Shown piece after piece: positions 42,301 to 54,400 of a DNA stretch of 64,000 nt (its first letter is position 1; every line of letters begins with the position of its first letter). The notes beneath the pieces are model-generated. The model had not been told where the DNA came from. It searched no databases and saw only the letters and a list, made by a program, of their open reading frames with translations. The translations under genes were made by a program, and so were the position numbers. Location of the stretch: NCBI GenBank assembly GCA_963777605.1, contig CAVZRV010000030.1, forward strand, positions 393,683-457,682, given 5' to 3'. The stretch comes from an uncultured Acidobacteriota bacterium. GTDB lineage: Bacteria > Acidobacteriota > UBA6911 > RPQK01 > JAPXNP01.

Positions 42301-43678
42301 CCACGCCACTATAGTGCTCAAATACCGTCGAAAGCAGCGCCAGAGCCGAACGCTCCTGCAAGTGCTTCCCCCCCGTTGAAAGATGAAAAAGCAACCAGGT
42401 CGAATAACCAGATAGGGGCCAACATCCTTTGCGGACGACCTTGTGAAAACGCTCAGGGTCACTCCAAAGGGCATAATTCTCTGATTGCGGGAACGACAGG
42501 TGAAGATTCGCCAGGATACTCTTCGATTTTGCTTTTGCCTGTGGAGAATCGAATAGCCTCTCGAGCCGCTCGGGATCGCGCTTTTCGATCAGGTGGGCAA
42601 TCAGAGTCTCAAGATTAATCGACAGATAAGAACGGCTCGAGGACTGAAACCGTGTCACATAGCGCAATATCTCGTTCCGGTATTCTGGGGCCACCCGCTG
42701 CACGTATGCGTTCAGCTCGAATTGGATAAATCCAACGAAAGTCACCGTTTCACTATGTGATTGGATCCCTTCAAATAAGTCCTGTAAGACACCACTGCCG
42801 GCAATCTGGCTACGATTCGTCGCGAACTCGGTGTAACGGCCAAATTCATCAAACAAGAACACGAGGCGACTGAATGGTTTCCCCTCTCCACAGTAGAGCC
42901 GAGCGACCGTCTCAATAATGTCTTTCAGGGACTCTCCTCCGAGAACCCTAATTGGCATCCCCCGGCGCTGGAAGAACTCATGCACCTCCTGGTAGGTTGT
43001 TTCGTCTTGGCGATCCAGAGCACCAAGCAGTTCTTCAATCGTGTCCGAGCTACACTCTTGAAGCAAGTCGCCGAGGACTTTGTCGTTACTCAGTCGAACC
43101 AGGTTCAGTGCCTGCATGAATCGAGGTCGGAGTTCATCGAGCGGCTTCGTGTCCAGGTCATTCGCCCTTAATTGAGCGTGAGTCTGGCGCGACACTTCGG
43201 CATTCAAGTCAAAGTTGCGCATCCCATTAAGTGCAACAACCAGACAGGGGCGCGACTCCGTAGCCAGGAGAGACCGGACTTCTCTGCCGATTGCCAGGTC
43301 AGCGGCATCGAGACTTTTCAGCGCGAATTCAGCAGGTTCCGAAAGAGGATCACTGAGCAGATGAGCCAAGGTCACCGCGAGATGAGACTTGCCGGTTCCA
43401 TAGCCGGCGATCGCCAAAGTAAAGGGGGCATCTTCTAGCCCAAAACAGCGTCTCAGAATTGCGCGGGTGAAACTTGCCGTATCTTGAAGCCGATGCCCAT
43501 GTGACTCACCGATATCCTCCTGAGAGACGCCGTGATATGAAGGACCGTGAAATACAAACGCCTCCGCCGCTTTCGCAGACTTGTCACGATTTTCAAGAAA
43601 CCAATCAATATTCACGGCACCGTTGAAAAGGCGGTCGCCTCGAAACGTCACCACATCTGAGAGTCGAGTACCCATCAT
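39392..43678 (-). CDS. Large P-loop ATPase (SspC/BrxC-like) with long helical C-terminus
   Basis: Walker A AGYGTGKS, Walker B FLFDEFG.Y.E, C.PL and QERS motifs; follows a DUF4007-like gene. Confidence 0.8.
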   Translation of the reverse strand: MMGTRLSDVVTFRGDRLFNGAVNIDWFLENRDKSAKAAEAFVFHGPSYHGVSQEDIGESHGHRLQDTASFTRAILRRCFGLEDAPFTLAIAGYGTGKSHLAVTLAHLLSDPLSEPAEFALKSLDAADLAIGREVRSLLATESRPCLVVALNGMRNFDLNAEVSRQTHAQLRANDLDTKPLDELRPRFMQALNLVRLSNDKVLGDLLQECSSDTIEELLGALDRQDETTYQEVHEFFQRRGMPIRVLGGESLKDIIETVARLYCGEGKPFSRLVFLFDEFGRYTEFATNRSQIAGSGVLQDLFEGIQSHSETVTFVGFIQFELNAYVQRVAPEYRNEILRYVTRFQSSSRSYLSINLETLIAHLIEKRDPERLERLFDSPQAKAKSKSILANLHLSFPQSENYALWSDPERFHKVVRKGCWPLSGYSTWLLFHLSTGGKHLQERSALALLSTVFEHYSGVELDGEEDWSLVPVDLWSEDLKQELLSSEETGQEGSVAHAYSSVEARHGAQLSREGRRILRAVVLTSKLGLRAINREGVVRTLGEFAGLSTAEAQQAIQTLEEEFNVLEWDHALKKFEIIGDAVPRSQFLAFLNQRVAGSFDEQSKVGLFALRVQDYCESLRDLDCDFSEKYQVTTREWRYQAVTTTLDNLATNLAFALDRWKNAVAVDEPRGTAIFCLVERSRNPETATAAARKSLKSLVSGRNGTRFPVFIVMIFDEDGKIGDLLAQLEVLRDSLTEEQKARFGNLVDAQKMKDRELLVSHVDSQLRKRQYISPLGDDAGGGRLAQMATSVFEAIYKKPIPFPFDGFATARGNAADSCLQLTTELFQGKLDYDVVLAKPVKVKNRAVSVLKDAWGIFTRDGNVANKPVLDRARAAYQLWDHALKTGEQRLGISSALREVCNPPFGANLASAGLLLSSYVAPRVEKLLVARGGRQLSVSEWLQTSPFRGKFLDLDAISQDELVFLGEGSSEWEELIEAWEETETYLEQEQFLNKADQLKRRRPVPPSLGYRLVTLEQVARKACERLEQNEAQHSAALEKIEAGQTRGDVGLIIWGGAQLAELRNRMANEGSSWDEGQIDKLEPQILRARQTIILAFPEWLSRQRPKGEGIDQIGEFKHKMLDRTGRNLKALELPDQLVLLEKRVDFLIKNAQTAADAHDLLRQVQMLLDQQGAVSRITRITEIRRYREMVKSLSGKVLGMARRIDLPEVVTAREALSKFQSQLSATESEMLKRAQKLWKQSIKSPEDIQTLSDEIDDLIRVFEGSESDLEDLRLMRRALNSFSHAAAELASESLTWVEFESLSKRLAKAAVEDFADGELPWAPDETVTTFAAVEERSRKDKSQSWIEQVEAESAKDVELEVAEANRLYEKAQRPPAWLTDPHRARLEKVKNSISNQLQALEVEWLLERFQGLPPNAKRRFLKLASELPP

Positions 43679-43685
43679 CCTATTC

Positions 43686-44543
43686 CTAAATCAGTTCGCT
43701 GTAGATCTGTGCCCAGGCTTTCTCAGTCGTAGTCAACGGACGCAGAATCCACGGTTTCATATGCCGGTCCACCTGAATCAACTGGTTCCGCTCCATCAAC
43801 TGTAGGACATCTTGAGATTCGGAGATTCCCCATTTCGGGATAGTTCGCCAGCCTCCTCTTGAATCCAATTCGGTGACCGTGATTTGGTCTTGTCTCGGAA
43901 AATGCAGGTGTACAAGCTCAAGGAGCCAAGCTCCATAAGCTATGGCAAACTCCTCCCTGATTGGCGCAGCGTTCCGTACGATCTCGTCTCCGTCTGACGC
44001 CAAGGCACCGCATCCGAGGAGTGAGGCATCTTCTTCGTACGTTCTGACCAGCGGGCCGATAAGATTGCCCTGTTTGGTCCCGTATGCCATAGCAAGGAGG
44101 TCTTCCAGGTGCTGGCGTTTAAAGCGAGACCCCAGCTCCTGCGCGTGTGCGTGGAAAACCTGGTACCAAACATCGGCTCCCGATTGAACGCTGCACATGT
44201 TCAAATGGACGATCCATTGGGTCAGTGGCTCGCGAAGAAAGGGATCCTCTAGATAGACGATCCGGCCCAGATTCGTAAGTCGTGGGCGTTTCACGGACGA
44301 TGGCTGCGAGTCGAGAAGGTACACGAGCCCCATTCCACGGCAGTAATCGAGTATTGCCGGAACCTTTCCGGTGAATTCACCAGTTGGGATACCAGTCTCC
44401 CTCGAAATCTTCAGATAATCCCCATCATTGTCTCCAGCCGCAAATGAGAGGAGAGCATGGATGTACTGGCGCTCGGGGACGAAAGACTTATGGAAGAACC
44501 TCGGCAACCGGTCGTAGCAAGTGTTCCCTTTAGGCATCGCCAA
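43686..44543 (-). CDS. Divergent DUF4007 (SspB-like) protein
   Basis: FH.SF, TGIP.G...GKV.AI..Y..GMGL, and LT.LG......DPFL....TQW..H motifs. Confidence 0.65.
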   Translation of the reverse strand: MAMPKGNTCYDRLPRFFHKSFVPERQYIHALLSFAAGDNDGDYLKISRETGIPTGEFTGKVPAILDYCRGMGLVYLLDSQPSSVKRPRLTNLGRIVYLEDPFLREPLTQWIVHLNMCSVQSGADVWYQVFHAHAQELGSRFKRQHLEDLLAMAYGTKQGNLIGPLVRTYEEDASLLGCGALASDGDEIVRNAAPIREEFAIAYGAWLLELVHLHFPRQDQITVTELDSRGGWRTIPKWGISESQDVLQLMERNQLIQVDRHMKPWILRPLTTTEKAWAQIYSELI

Positions 44544-47500
44544 AACGCTCCCGTAAGGCGGTGATTTGGATCTTGAACGCCTTATCCTGCAGTTCGCCCG
44601 TACTTTCGTTTAGGCTTGGCCCAAGGGAATAACATTCCCCCTTCTTGAGGCTTGCGAGCCGCTGCTGCCACACATCGAGCTTATCTCCCGTGCTTGTAGC
44701 GGCGATCTCTGCATAGCCTCTCATCTCCGTGTCGGACGGGCGAAAGAAAAGCTTGTGTCCGGCTAGGAATAGACGGTCCCGCTCGTCCTTGTTCAGACTG
44801 CTCATGATCTGGGTTGCAAGGATCAGTGAAAAACCGAATTTGCGCCCTTCCCGCAACAACTGTGCGAGGGGGCTCTCGTCGCGATGATCGAGGTTCTGGA
44901 CCTCATCTAGAACGACTACCTGGGGGGATGCCTGGGTTCCGATGCTTCGATAGAACCAGTAGAGATCAATCAGGGCAAATTCAGTGACCAGCCTTCCGGC
45001 TTCCCTCATAAAGCCCGCTAACTGGATTACATGGCAGTGATGAGTCTGATCTTTGAATAGTCTCTCCCACCCTTCAGGGTCTTCATTTCCAAAAGGGTTC
45101 TGATCGAGGAATGGGATCAACTTGCTGATGACCCCGCCCGCAAATTGCCGCTGAGCCCCCTTTTCCTCTGCGAGTCTCTGCAGCTCAGGGATGAGGTCTT
45201 CCATCGTCAGCCCAGAATCGCCCGATTCCTCCAGTCCATTCTTGATCGCCTGATATAATGCGGACTTCTGCTGATCCCCGAAGTTGTAGACTTCAGAAAA
45301 GACGCCGCTAACCCGCTGGGCCGTCGTAGATGGGTGCTCCGGAAGCGTCACCTCTCCAATCATCTCTGCGCGCTGTCGAAAAGGATTTATGGCCAGAGGT
45401 TCCCGCCGAACAATGTGCTGAACAGGAGAGAGGACATTCTTGAATTCGGCCTCAAGCTGATGGTCCATGAATCCGTTGGTGTAGTCCACTATCAACGAGT
45501 TCTGCCCGAAGCGACCCAGTTCAGAGAGTAGGCATTCAATTGTATAGGTCTTGCCCATCCCTGAAGAACCGAAGATTAGCATGTGGCGGTTGCTCAGGTC
45601 ATGGTGGCCAAACTCCCAATACACCTTACGTGAGCCAGGGACCGACTGACCGAGCAGTATTCGGTCGGGGATTTCGAGGGATTTCGCCACCTCTTCCTTG
45701 GTGTCTTTCTTCCCCACAGCACCAGCCTGTGAGCCTCTTGGGTTGAGATGCGCCACAACAGACGGGTCACTGCCACCCAAGCCTTTCTCCACTCCAGCCG
45801 CCCCGTCACCATCTGGATCGGTCCCGCGGGCAACCTGGACAACGCCAGTTGCCCTAAATGATGCGCAGTTGTCGGTCCAAGGAATGGCATGAACCCCTCC
45901 CTTGCGGCAGAGCAATCGAACGAATTCAGTGCCGCTTGAGACCACGCCAATACCGAACGACTGACCTTCAATGGAATACCTCCAGACGCCAGCTCGCGAG
46001 ATTACCGGCTCATCTTGGTCAGTCCAAAAGGTAACCGCCGTCGCACGCCACTCGATATCAAACTCACCCTCAGCAAGTCGTTCTAGCGCGGAAAGCACTT
46101 GGCTCTGCTCACGCCCGAGAATCACTGCCTTGCTTGCAATCAGCCGGTGAAGCTGGAGCCACCAGTACCTCTGGTCAGGTCGCTCATCTTCGACTTTGGC
46201 CTGATCGGAACGTGGCATGAAGACCGTGGCAAGGTGCCGCAGTCCACATTCAAGTTGTTCCCGCGCCTTGTCCAGATGGACATCAGACATTTGTGCCAGC
46301 TTGCATTCAATCAACCGCAGGTCCAGGTGGAGCCGACCAGACGGGCCAACCCGTGCCGTAAGCCACAGCAAGTCAGGTCTCGTATCCGTTTCCGCGGTGT
46401 CGAACCAATGACGGTAAGCATCCAACGAAACCAACTGATCGCAGAGTGCCTCCCCCTCTAGATTGAGGAGCTTACGCGTCAATGAATAAGCCATGAAATC
46501 TCGAATGTACTCGCCAATCCCGGTCGCCCGAACCAAAGAGAGCCCCGAAAGATTGCGTGACTCCGCCAGCACACTCTTCGCGACCTGCTCATATTCCTCT
46601 GGCATCCATCCGCTGTAGATTTCGCCGATTGCGGCAATGAGTTTGTGCAACACATCGGACAACCGAAACTGTTCGGTCGAAATGGTGTAGTTGGCCTCCC
46701 CGTGCGTGCCCACGCCCGACCCAAACCCTATGATCTCTCGCGATTCCTGCGTGTTTCCGGATTTCTCGGCAAGCAATCTTTCATCGACGTTGGGGTCAAT
46801 GCAGACCACCCATCCGGCTCTTTGGTGGAACGCATCAACGACACACTGCCACGGACCATAGTCGCCGTAGCCTAGAACGACGTGGTGAGACCCTGGCTTG
46901 CCTTCGCGGCTCTTAAGGCGCGACATGACCTCCGCGTGACGCGTCGTGATTCGGAATTGGCGGTTACTTAGAACACGGGCGCGCAGCAAGCGGCGCCCAG
47001 GATCCCGCAAGGAACAGAAGGACTTTTCCAAAATCGGGAACTTCAGGGTGCGCGTCGTGACGTCATAGGGCGCCACAAGCTCGAAGTCGTTGCCCTCGGA
47101 CCCGGCCCGGATGAATCCGTTGAGAATGGCAATATCAACATCCACGCTCTTGTCCACTAGATCAACGAATTGCCGATAATCGTTCTCTGGAGAGACAATA
47201 CGGTGCGCAACGGAGAGACTTGCTTTCCTGTAATGCGCCAACGAACTCTGGGTTTCAGCCGCTTCCCACCGTTCCTTCCATTGGCCGATCCATCGGGCAA
47301 CACTGCTATCGTCGCTCGACTCGGTGAAGACCGTCACAGAGATGGAATACGGCTTGAGACCATCAGCACGCCCCTGGCAAACTCCTGTTAAGAACTCGTC
47401 CACAGCGGCGATTACAGGTTGGATATCCTGGTTTTGATAAATCGCGATGCTGAGACCATCCATGGCGTGCGGGTGAAGTGCACAATATTCTTTAAGCACG

Positions 47501-49789
47501 CGGGTGATCAGCTGAGATTCGCGACTGGTTCGGAATAACTCCGCGTCTGTAACCTCCTGCTCGTCAAAAGCATCGTATCGAAGCAGTAGCCGTGTGGAGA
47601 GCGGAGCCTCGGTTTCACCAACCGTTCCGATGCGGTGGATCAGGCCGCTCCCTCGAACGTCTGTGTCAAGGATGCGATTGCGATCCTTAAGAATGCCAGC
47701 AAGCGGAGTCTGAATTGCGGCAAGATCGACGTAACCGTGCCAAAGGCTCTCGCGAAAGGACCGCGCTCCGGGTGAACGCAGTTCCCGGCCCGCAACTGTC
47801 GAAAATGCCGTGAAAAGGAAAACAATACGAGCATGGAGCATTTCGAGGAGCGCAGGGTGCAGAACCGTGACCGCACATGAAGGTTCGAATGGATCCCACA
47901 CCCAACGGTCCAAGTCGAAGCTCGGACGCCTAGTGATCACTAGGAAGGATCTGTAAAGCATTGAGGCAAGGGGGCTGTTTGCGCACGCCGGATTACGAAG
48001 GTACACATCGGATGCCCCCTCGTAAGCCTTCCGCAGGTCGTCCCAGACACTCAATAGTGCTGAATGGAGGCCGTCGGAAGCTGCCGACTGCATAAAGCGG
48101 TCGTATTCGAACGCCAATCTCTGGATCGATTCGAGCAACGGATCGTGACTGTCCAGTTCCCTAGCACGCAGCAGATTGTTTATCCCGTCGATCTCATCGC
48201 GAACACACTGGAGGAGGACTCTCCTTGTCTCTTCGTCGTCTTTGGCCAAGACTAGTTCGTCATAGTACGGAACGTGAAAGACTGGGAGACAGTAGCCGTC
48301 GGCCTTCGAGACACCCTCGGCGGCCCATTGAATTAGCTCGTCCGCAACTCGAAAGGGGTGAATCTCAGGCAACCGCCACGCAAATTGACGAGAAACGGGC
48401 TTGTCCCACCCTTCGCCTTCAACAGCCACCCGGAATTGCAGCAAAGGCTCAGCCGCACGGGCAGGCTGGCAATCTAAGTCTGGATGAACTAGTTTCGAAT
48501 GTACCGGCACACTGCGCCCATCGGAGCAAATGCGGGAAGTGTCAATCCACTCCTCAATATAGCTGTCTACTCCGCCAAGAAGCCTTGAGAGAGTCGTAAA
48601 ACCGCGTTGCTTGCGTACAGCTGCGGATTCCCCGTCGCAGTCATGCTTGAAAAGGAGGGATTCAAAGTGAATGCCTTTTATGGCCTCGTGAGCAACAACA
48701 CCTCTGATGTTCGACATCCGCTTGAAATCGCCAAGGACAGTCCACAGCGCACTCAGAACGACCTCGATTGGGTCGCCAGTCAGCTTCCGGATGGTTACTT
48801 TCCTTGGTTTGGGATCGATGCGCGCTTTGAAATTCAAAATGCGATCTCGAACCGTTACAAAATCGCAACTTAACAACTGGCCACGCGCTTTTGAATCAGC
48901 CGTATCGATGTAAGATCTCAGGGAGTCCACAAAGTCCCTGTCGGAGTCGAACGGTCGTCGTTCAGAGGAGTCGAAGAACTCTCCGAGCTCGTTCTTGTCG
49001 AGAAATAGATCAATGGTCTTGAGCGCTTTCTTCCGATTCCTTTCCTCCAAGAACGCGTCGTAAGCGAAAAAGCCGACGGCGTCATCCAAATATCCAGCAA
49101 ATGCTTGAGGAGTCGAGAACTTGAAAGTTTCGAATCCCGGAAGGCCAAACCGGCCAAGACTCGCGAGCAAAATCTTCTCTGCATCCCGGCCATCTTGCGC
49201 CACAGAAAGATCAAGCGCTTCCAAAAGGGAACTGACCTGCAGCACATCGGCGAGCCCGCGTTCGACTAATGGCAAAAGTATCCGATCGAAGTGAAGGATT
49301 GTCTCCTCGTCATACCCGATTCCTGTGTCCAGGACCCCTTGGACCCACTTTCAAGCTGCCATTGAGTTCATGTTCCCAGACGGTTTGAAGATTGCAATGG
49401 TGAAAATCCGCTAAACTAGCCGCGTCCGTGACCCGATCCACCCCTATCAGCAGTAGGATGGCTCTCTTCTCGGCGCCTTCGGCGCGATTGCGATAGGCGG
49501 TAAGGTTTTCGTTCTCATCACACCATCCCCTTTCAGAAAGCTCTCGAGAAATCGCACAAATACTCGGGTCGGTCGATGCCAGCCACTCCCGGACCAAGGG
49601 CATGGCGACTCTTATGATCACGATTGTCGGATCAGGAGTTCCAAGAAAGTGAGCCGTTAATCGGTCCCCGACCTCTCTTACCACCGGGGCCGGAAGGCTG
49701 GGCATCACTAGCAACAACTTCCGGCCAACCCGCCCGTGTTCTATCTGCCGAAGGACGTACTCAAGGGCGCTTTGCGCAAAGAACTTCAT
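44530..49789 (-). CDS. DptH/SspH-like protein: PD-(D/E)xK-like segment plus C-terminal HerA/FtsK-like ATPase (frameshift near 49330)
   Basis: RPDLL...IECK nuclease-like motif; N.H.LIFGSSGMGKT, VVLDE..N and LREGRKFG..LILATQ. The N-terminal piece is 49310-49789. Confidence 0.8.
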
Positions 49790-49793
49790 CGGT

Positions 49794-51450
49794 TTAGGAT
49801 TCCCCTCCCCCGTTGAACGAGTTCGTAACAAGCGAGCATGCGTCCGAAAGGCGAATCAGCACTCCCGAGGCGTCAAGCATGTCGATCAGCCAGGCGTCGG
49901 ACTTGCCTCCCAGGGTCGTGAGGCGAGACGTGCCGGACCATTCACAGGACGAGGCGATTTGTTCGCCATCAACTGCCAGCCCGTGATGCGCTAGAAGTAG
50001 CCTCTTGAAGGTATCGTAAGTAACCCGCTCCCCCTGGCCGAAGAGTAGTTAGCACCAGGAAACGCAGCAGCTTTTCGTTTAGGACAAACCTTGCACCGGC
50101 ACCACGTTTGGGGACCACCAGACCAATCCGCTTGGCCAAAGTCAAAAAGAGTTTATGACCATAGCGTCCGTCCGCCTCCTTGTACACCCTAGCCAATGCG
50201 TCCTCACTCAAATCCCCAATGGACGTCAGAATGTCGGAATGCCTAATTGCATCATGGATCTTTCTCTGAACGGCATTCAGGTTACGCCGCGAGATCTGTT
50301 TAACCACAACTTGACCGCCCTCGGGATCGGAAATCGACCAAATATACCCAAGCGGTCCCATACAATCTGCCCCACGCACCGGCGGAGAAACGTAACGTGC
50401 ACTCTGGGCGCACAAGCTTCTCAGGACCTGCATTGCGCAGGCGATCTCCAGCAGCTCCAAACGCTCAATCGGATCGATCACGGCCTCGCATAGGCGCAAG
50501 ACTTCAACAGCGAAGAGAAGCCCTTCCGGCCATGTTTCCTCGGGGCACCATCCACAGGACGAGAAACGTGGATCACCTCCCTGAAAGTCTGTCTGTCTGG
50601 CCGTCTCGGCTTCGACTCCGCTGTCCAGAAATTCAGCCAACTTCCCGACCGTCTCGGGGCACCCATCCAGCACGGCCGCCAGGGCCTGCTCCAGTGCGCA
50701 ACGAAGCTCTTCAGGTTCGGTCTCTCTGGAAGAAAGACTCAACCCGACCTTCTTCGCCCACGTTCGGATGACCGATTGGTCTTGGCGTAACGCGTTGCAG
50801 ACCTGGAGGTAGAGTAACTCTCCACCGCGGGCGAGAAACCGATGCCGTCCAAAAGAGAAGAAGTGGAGAAAGCGGACGACAACACTCGACCAGGTGCAAA
50901 CCCCTTCACGTCGCGCAACCGTCTCGTTCCAAAGAGTCTCTCCAGCTAAGAGGCTCCGCGCCACGGGAAGAAATGCTTGAGCACACCAAGTGCGCTGTCC
51001 CCCGACGCTCTGGAATCCAAGAAAAAGGTTCTCGAGCGTCTTGAGAACTTCGTTCGCATCGGTCGGCCCGGCAAGAGATATTCGGTCGGAGGACCGCAGT
51101 TCCTGAATCAAATGCCTGTAATGTTGCCTATGGCTTTCGTGCCTCGTCTCTAGCTTAGAGGCTCCCAAGAATGAGAACAACTTCAGGTTGAGTCGCGCTT
51201 TGGGCGCATACTTTAACGCTTCCCCCGGGGGCCACGATCTCAACTGATCTACAGAAGGCAACAGTTCCCGATCACCCAGCTCCTGCCCGCCTATCCGCTT
51301 TGCGGACGAAGCCACCAAGAAGAATTCGATCAACAGTTCAGCTACCGTTTGATCTGCAAAGAAGCGCCGGCCAAAAAGACGAATTGCCGGGTTGTAGTCT
51401 TCGCCTTTAGGTTCCGTCTTCCGCTCTATGCTTGGAAAAGCGTTAGGCAT
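49794..51450 (-). CDS. DptG/SspG-like protein (frameshift in the C-run near 50030)
   Basis: Lies between DptF-like and DptH-like genes. The shifted frame ends ...ML.ASG.L.RLSDA...V.N, resembling the DptG C-terminus. Confidence 0.6.
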
Positions 51451-54400
51451 CCGTCACCTCCAACCGCCCGTTTCGGACTGCGAATATCTGTCGGCGAAAT
51501 GTGTGGTTGGTGCGCAGCCGTACCAGCATGATGTCGTCGGTTCTCCGTGCCGATGCATGGCGAATCAGTTGTCCTTTGAACTTCTCGAGCCGGTCAACGT
51601 ACGACGCTTGGAGAGCTTGCCCAATCTCCCCACGATTCCTAAACATCACATAATCGAGGAAGGGCAATGAAAGAGGCAGGTCAAGATGGCCGCGACTTGA
51701 AGGACCCTCCAAAACCAGCTCGCGGCGAATTTCTCCGGATTGGGTCGTCCGCTTACGTAATCGAACCTGAAATTCATCTTCGGGATACCGCCCGAGTACC
51801 ACCTGGGCGCTTTGTCTGACATCGTGAGACCGGCGACATAGGGTGACGAATAGGTGTCGGTCCGTTGAGACACCCTCCGGCAATCGCACACCCGTAAAGT
51901 GCTCCTGAAGCACGTGCAGAATCCGTTTGTGGAGTAGGCTGCGCTCCTGAAGGCTCAGAATTTCGCTATCCTGGCTTTGCCACCGAACAAAGTCCAAGAG
52001 CGTGCTGGACCGGAGAAAGGACCGCAGAAATCCGGCTCCATCCTCCCCCCCAAAGTCGTGCAGGAAGAACACGGCCCGCCGGACTTGATCTCTTGACTCA
52101 TTGCCCGAAATTGTGTGGTCTGACCGCAGTCCAGCACCGTATTCTCGGAGAGTCTCGAAATCATCGGGACTTTCTGATGCTCTCAACTGGAAGGTTTGGC
52201 CGCGGCTCTTCATCCAAAAACGCCGTTCCCAATTGGCACAAAGCTGGGAGCCGAAACCTTGTTCGCGGACCGCACGAGCCCCTTCCAGCTGCATGGCCGG
52301 CAGATCGAGAGTCTTGCCGTTATCTCCAAAAAAGCGATTAAAGAACATGAACTCGCTCAAAAGGGGAGGCTTGGCCCTCTCTGACATCCTCACGATGTCG
52401 GGAAAGTCGAGTCCGGCGGTAATCATGTATGCCATGTGACCCGAGAGCTGCCGCAGCGTAAGCCTGGTGCCATACTCGTACATGCGACGGTACGCGAAAA
52501 AGAGCCGCTCGCGGACGACAGGCAAATTCGCCTGGATGAGAGAGACATTTCGGAAGATCGGGCACTTCTCTCGGCAGGAGGCTGAGTTGCAGGCAATCCA
52601 ACGCTCTTTGGCAATCATCCGCTCGAAGATCTGCTGGGCTATCTCGAGATTGTCCATCATCGCAACATTGATGACGACGAAGCTCGTCTCGTGAAACTCC
52701 ATCTCGGCGGGATCCTGAGAACTGATTCTTCCTAGAAGCTCGCTTTCGATCCGTACCCAATCTCCGCCTTTTCTCGTCTCATGCGCCTTGAATGCCTCCA
52801 AAAGTGTTCCGGTGTTGGATACAAGCAGGAACCGAGGACCATCGCTTTCGAGCATCTCGGCCAATAGTTTCGAGGACTCCAAGGAGGTCCACTCGCTGAG
52901 GTCTTTCACAAGGCTGATGCGTTCAAGGTTCTCCCTCGGATCTAAAAAACGGGGGAGAGGCCGATCCGGCTCCAGGCCACTGAGGCGCTTGTAGATCTCA
53001 ATTGCGATAGTCGATTTGCCATCTCCAGCGTGGCCGGTAAGGACCACATGCTTTCTCTTTTCTCCTGTCAGAATACCCTCAATGATTTTGGAGAGAGGAT
53101 GACTTACATGGATGTGGCCGAAGTTGGAATTTCGAGCCTGGAATTCCGCTAGAGCGTTCTCATTTGCCGCACTGCGACTGTGGATGGTGTTCAAATATGA
53201 CACAAAAGGGTTGGGCTCGACCTTGCCCGGCAAGTCGCTGGTCAGGCTCCCTTCCTCATTCGCCTTCACCTTCTCAATTGAGGAGACTACATGAACTTTC
53301 GTCACCGGCTCAGGCAGTATCACTGACTCTGGTTCAGTTAGAGCTCCTTTCAGTGCATCCCTCATTTCCCCGGTTGAACCATAACGACTTGCAGCATCAG
53401 CTGAACATCCTTTCAAGAGCCATGAGACCAGACGCCCAGAGACACCTTGTTCCTCTTGTTTTGGGGTGCCCGGCCTGGCGCCGAGGAGCCACTCGTGTAG
53501 ACTGACTGACAAAGCGAAAAGTTCGCCATCGACGCTGTACTTGCGGTCCTTACCAAGCCGAAGATCAGGAGCAACGTAACCCTCGGTACCTTCGTAAGTG
53601 CCCACCTGAGGATGAGACGCTGCTCCAAAGTCGATCAAGACAAAACGGCCGGCCTGGTCCAACAAGATATTTTCGGGCTTGATGTCGTTGTGAAGGATCG
53701 GCCCTGGGACGTCGTCGTCAAAACTGAGATGAAGGGACTCAACGGCGTCTAAAAGTTGCTCCGCCCCGCGAACGAAGCTTTCGAGATTAGGCCTCACACC
53801 ACCGTCGATTTCGCTACGCAGACTCCGCTCGGAAACCCAATCGAAAGCTATGTAGTACCGCCCATCGCTCCACTGGTTATAGTTGTCCACACGGACTAGA
53901 CTCGGGTGACGAGCGGTTGCAGCATAACGCTGTTCCTCCAGCACTCTTTGCAGAGGCACATCGAGATTAAACAGCTTGAGAGCGACTGTACGTCCCTTGG
54001 GTCCTGCAGCCCGATAGATCTGAGCTTCGGCGCCGAGACCCACGAATTCCTCGACACTGTAAAGTCCGGACTGTTCTCCCTCGTGAAGAACACGGTTAGG
54101 TTCAGTAGGCGTCTTCGGCGGGGCTTCCCCATAGGCTTCCAACATCTCCAAAACGCTGGCAGCGCTCCCAAGCCGATCCGACGGATTCAGGTAAATTAGG
54201 CTTGAAATGAGATCGATCACCCGGCCCGGGATTTTCCCCCGTTTTCGCAACCTCACGATCTGATCGTCCGAAAGGTACCCGGCCGATCGCTCCAAGTCAG
54301 TTGAGCATCCAAAGGGCGGTTGCCCGACAAGCATTTCGTAAAGGATCACGCCTAAGCTAAAAAGGTCGGCTGTTGCCTCGGGCACGGTACCAGTAACGTA

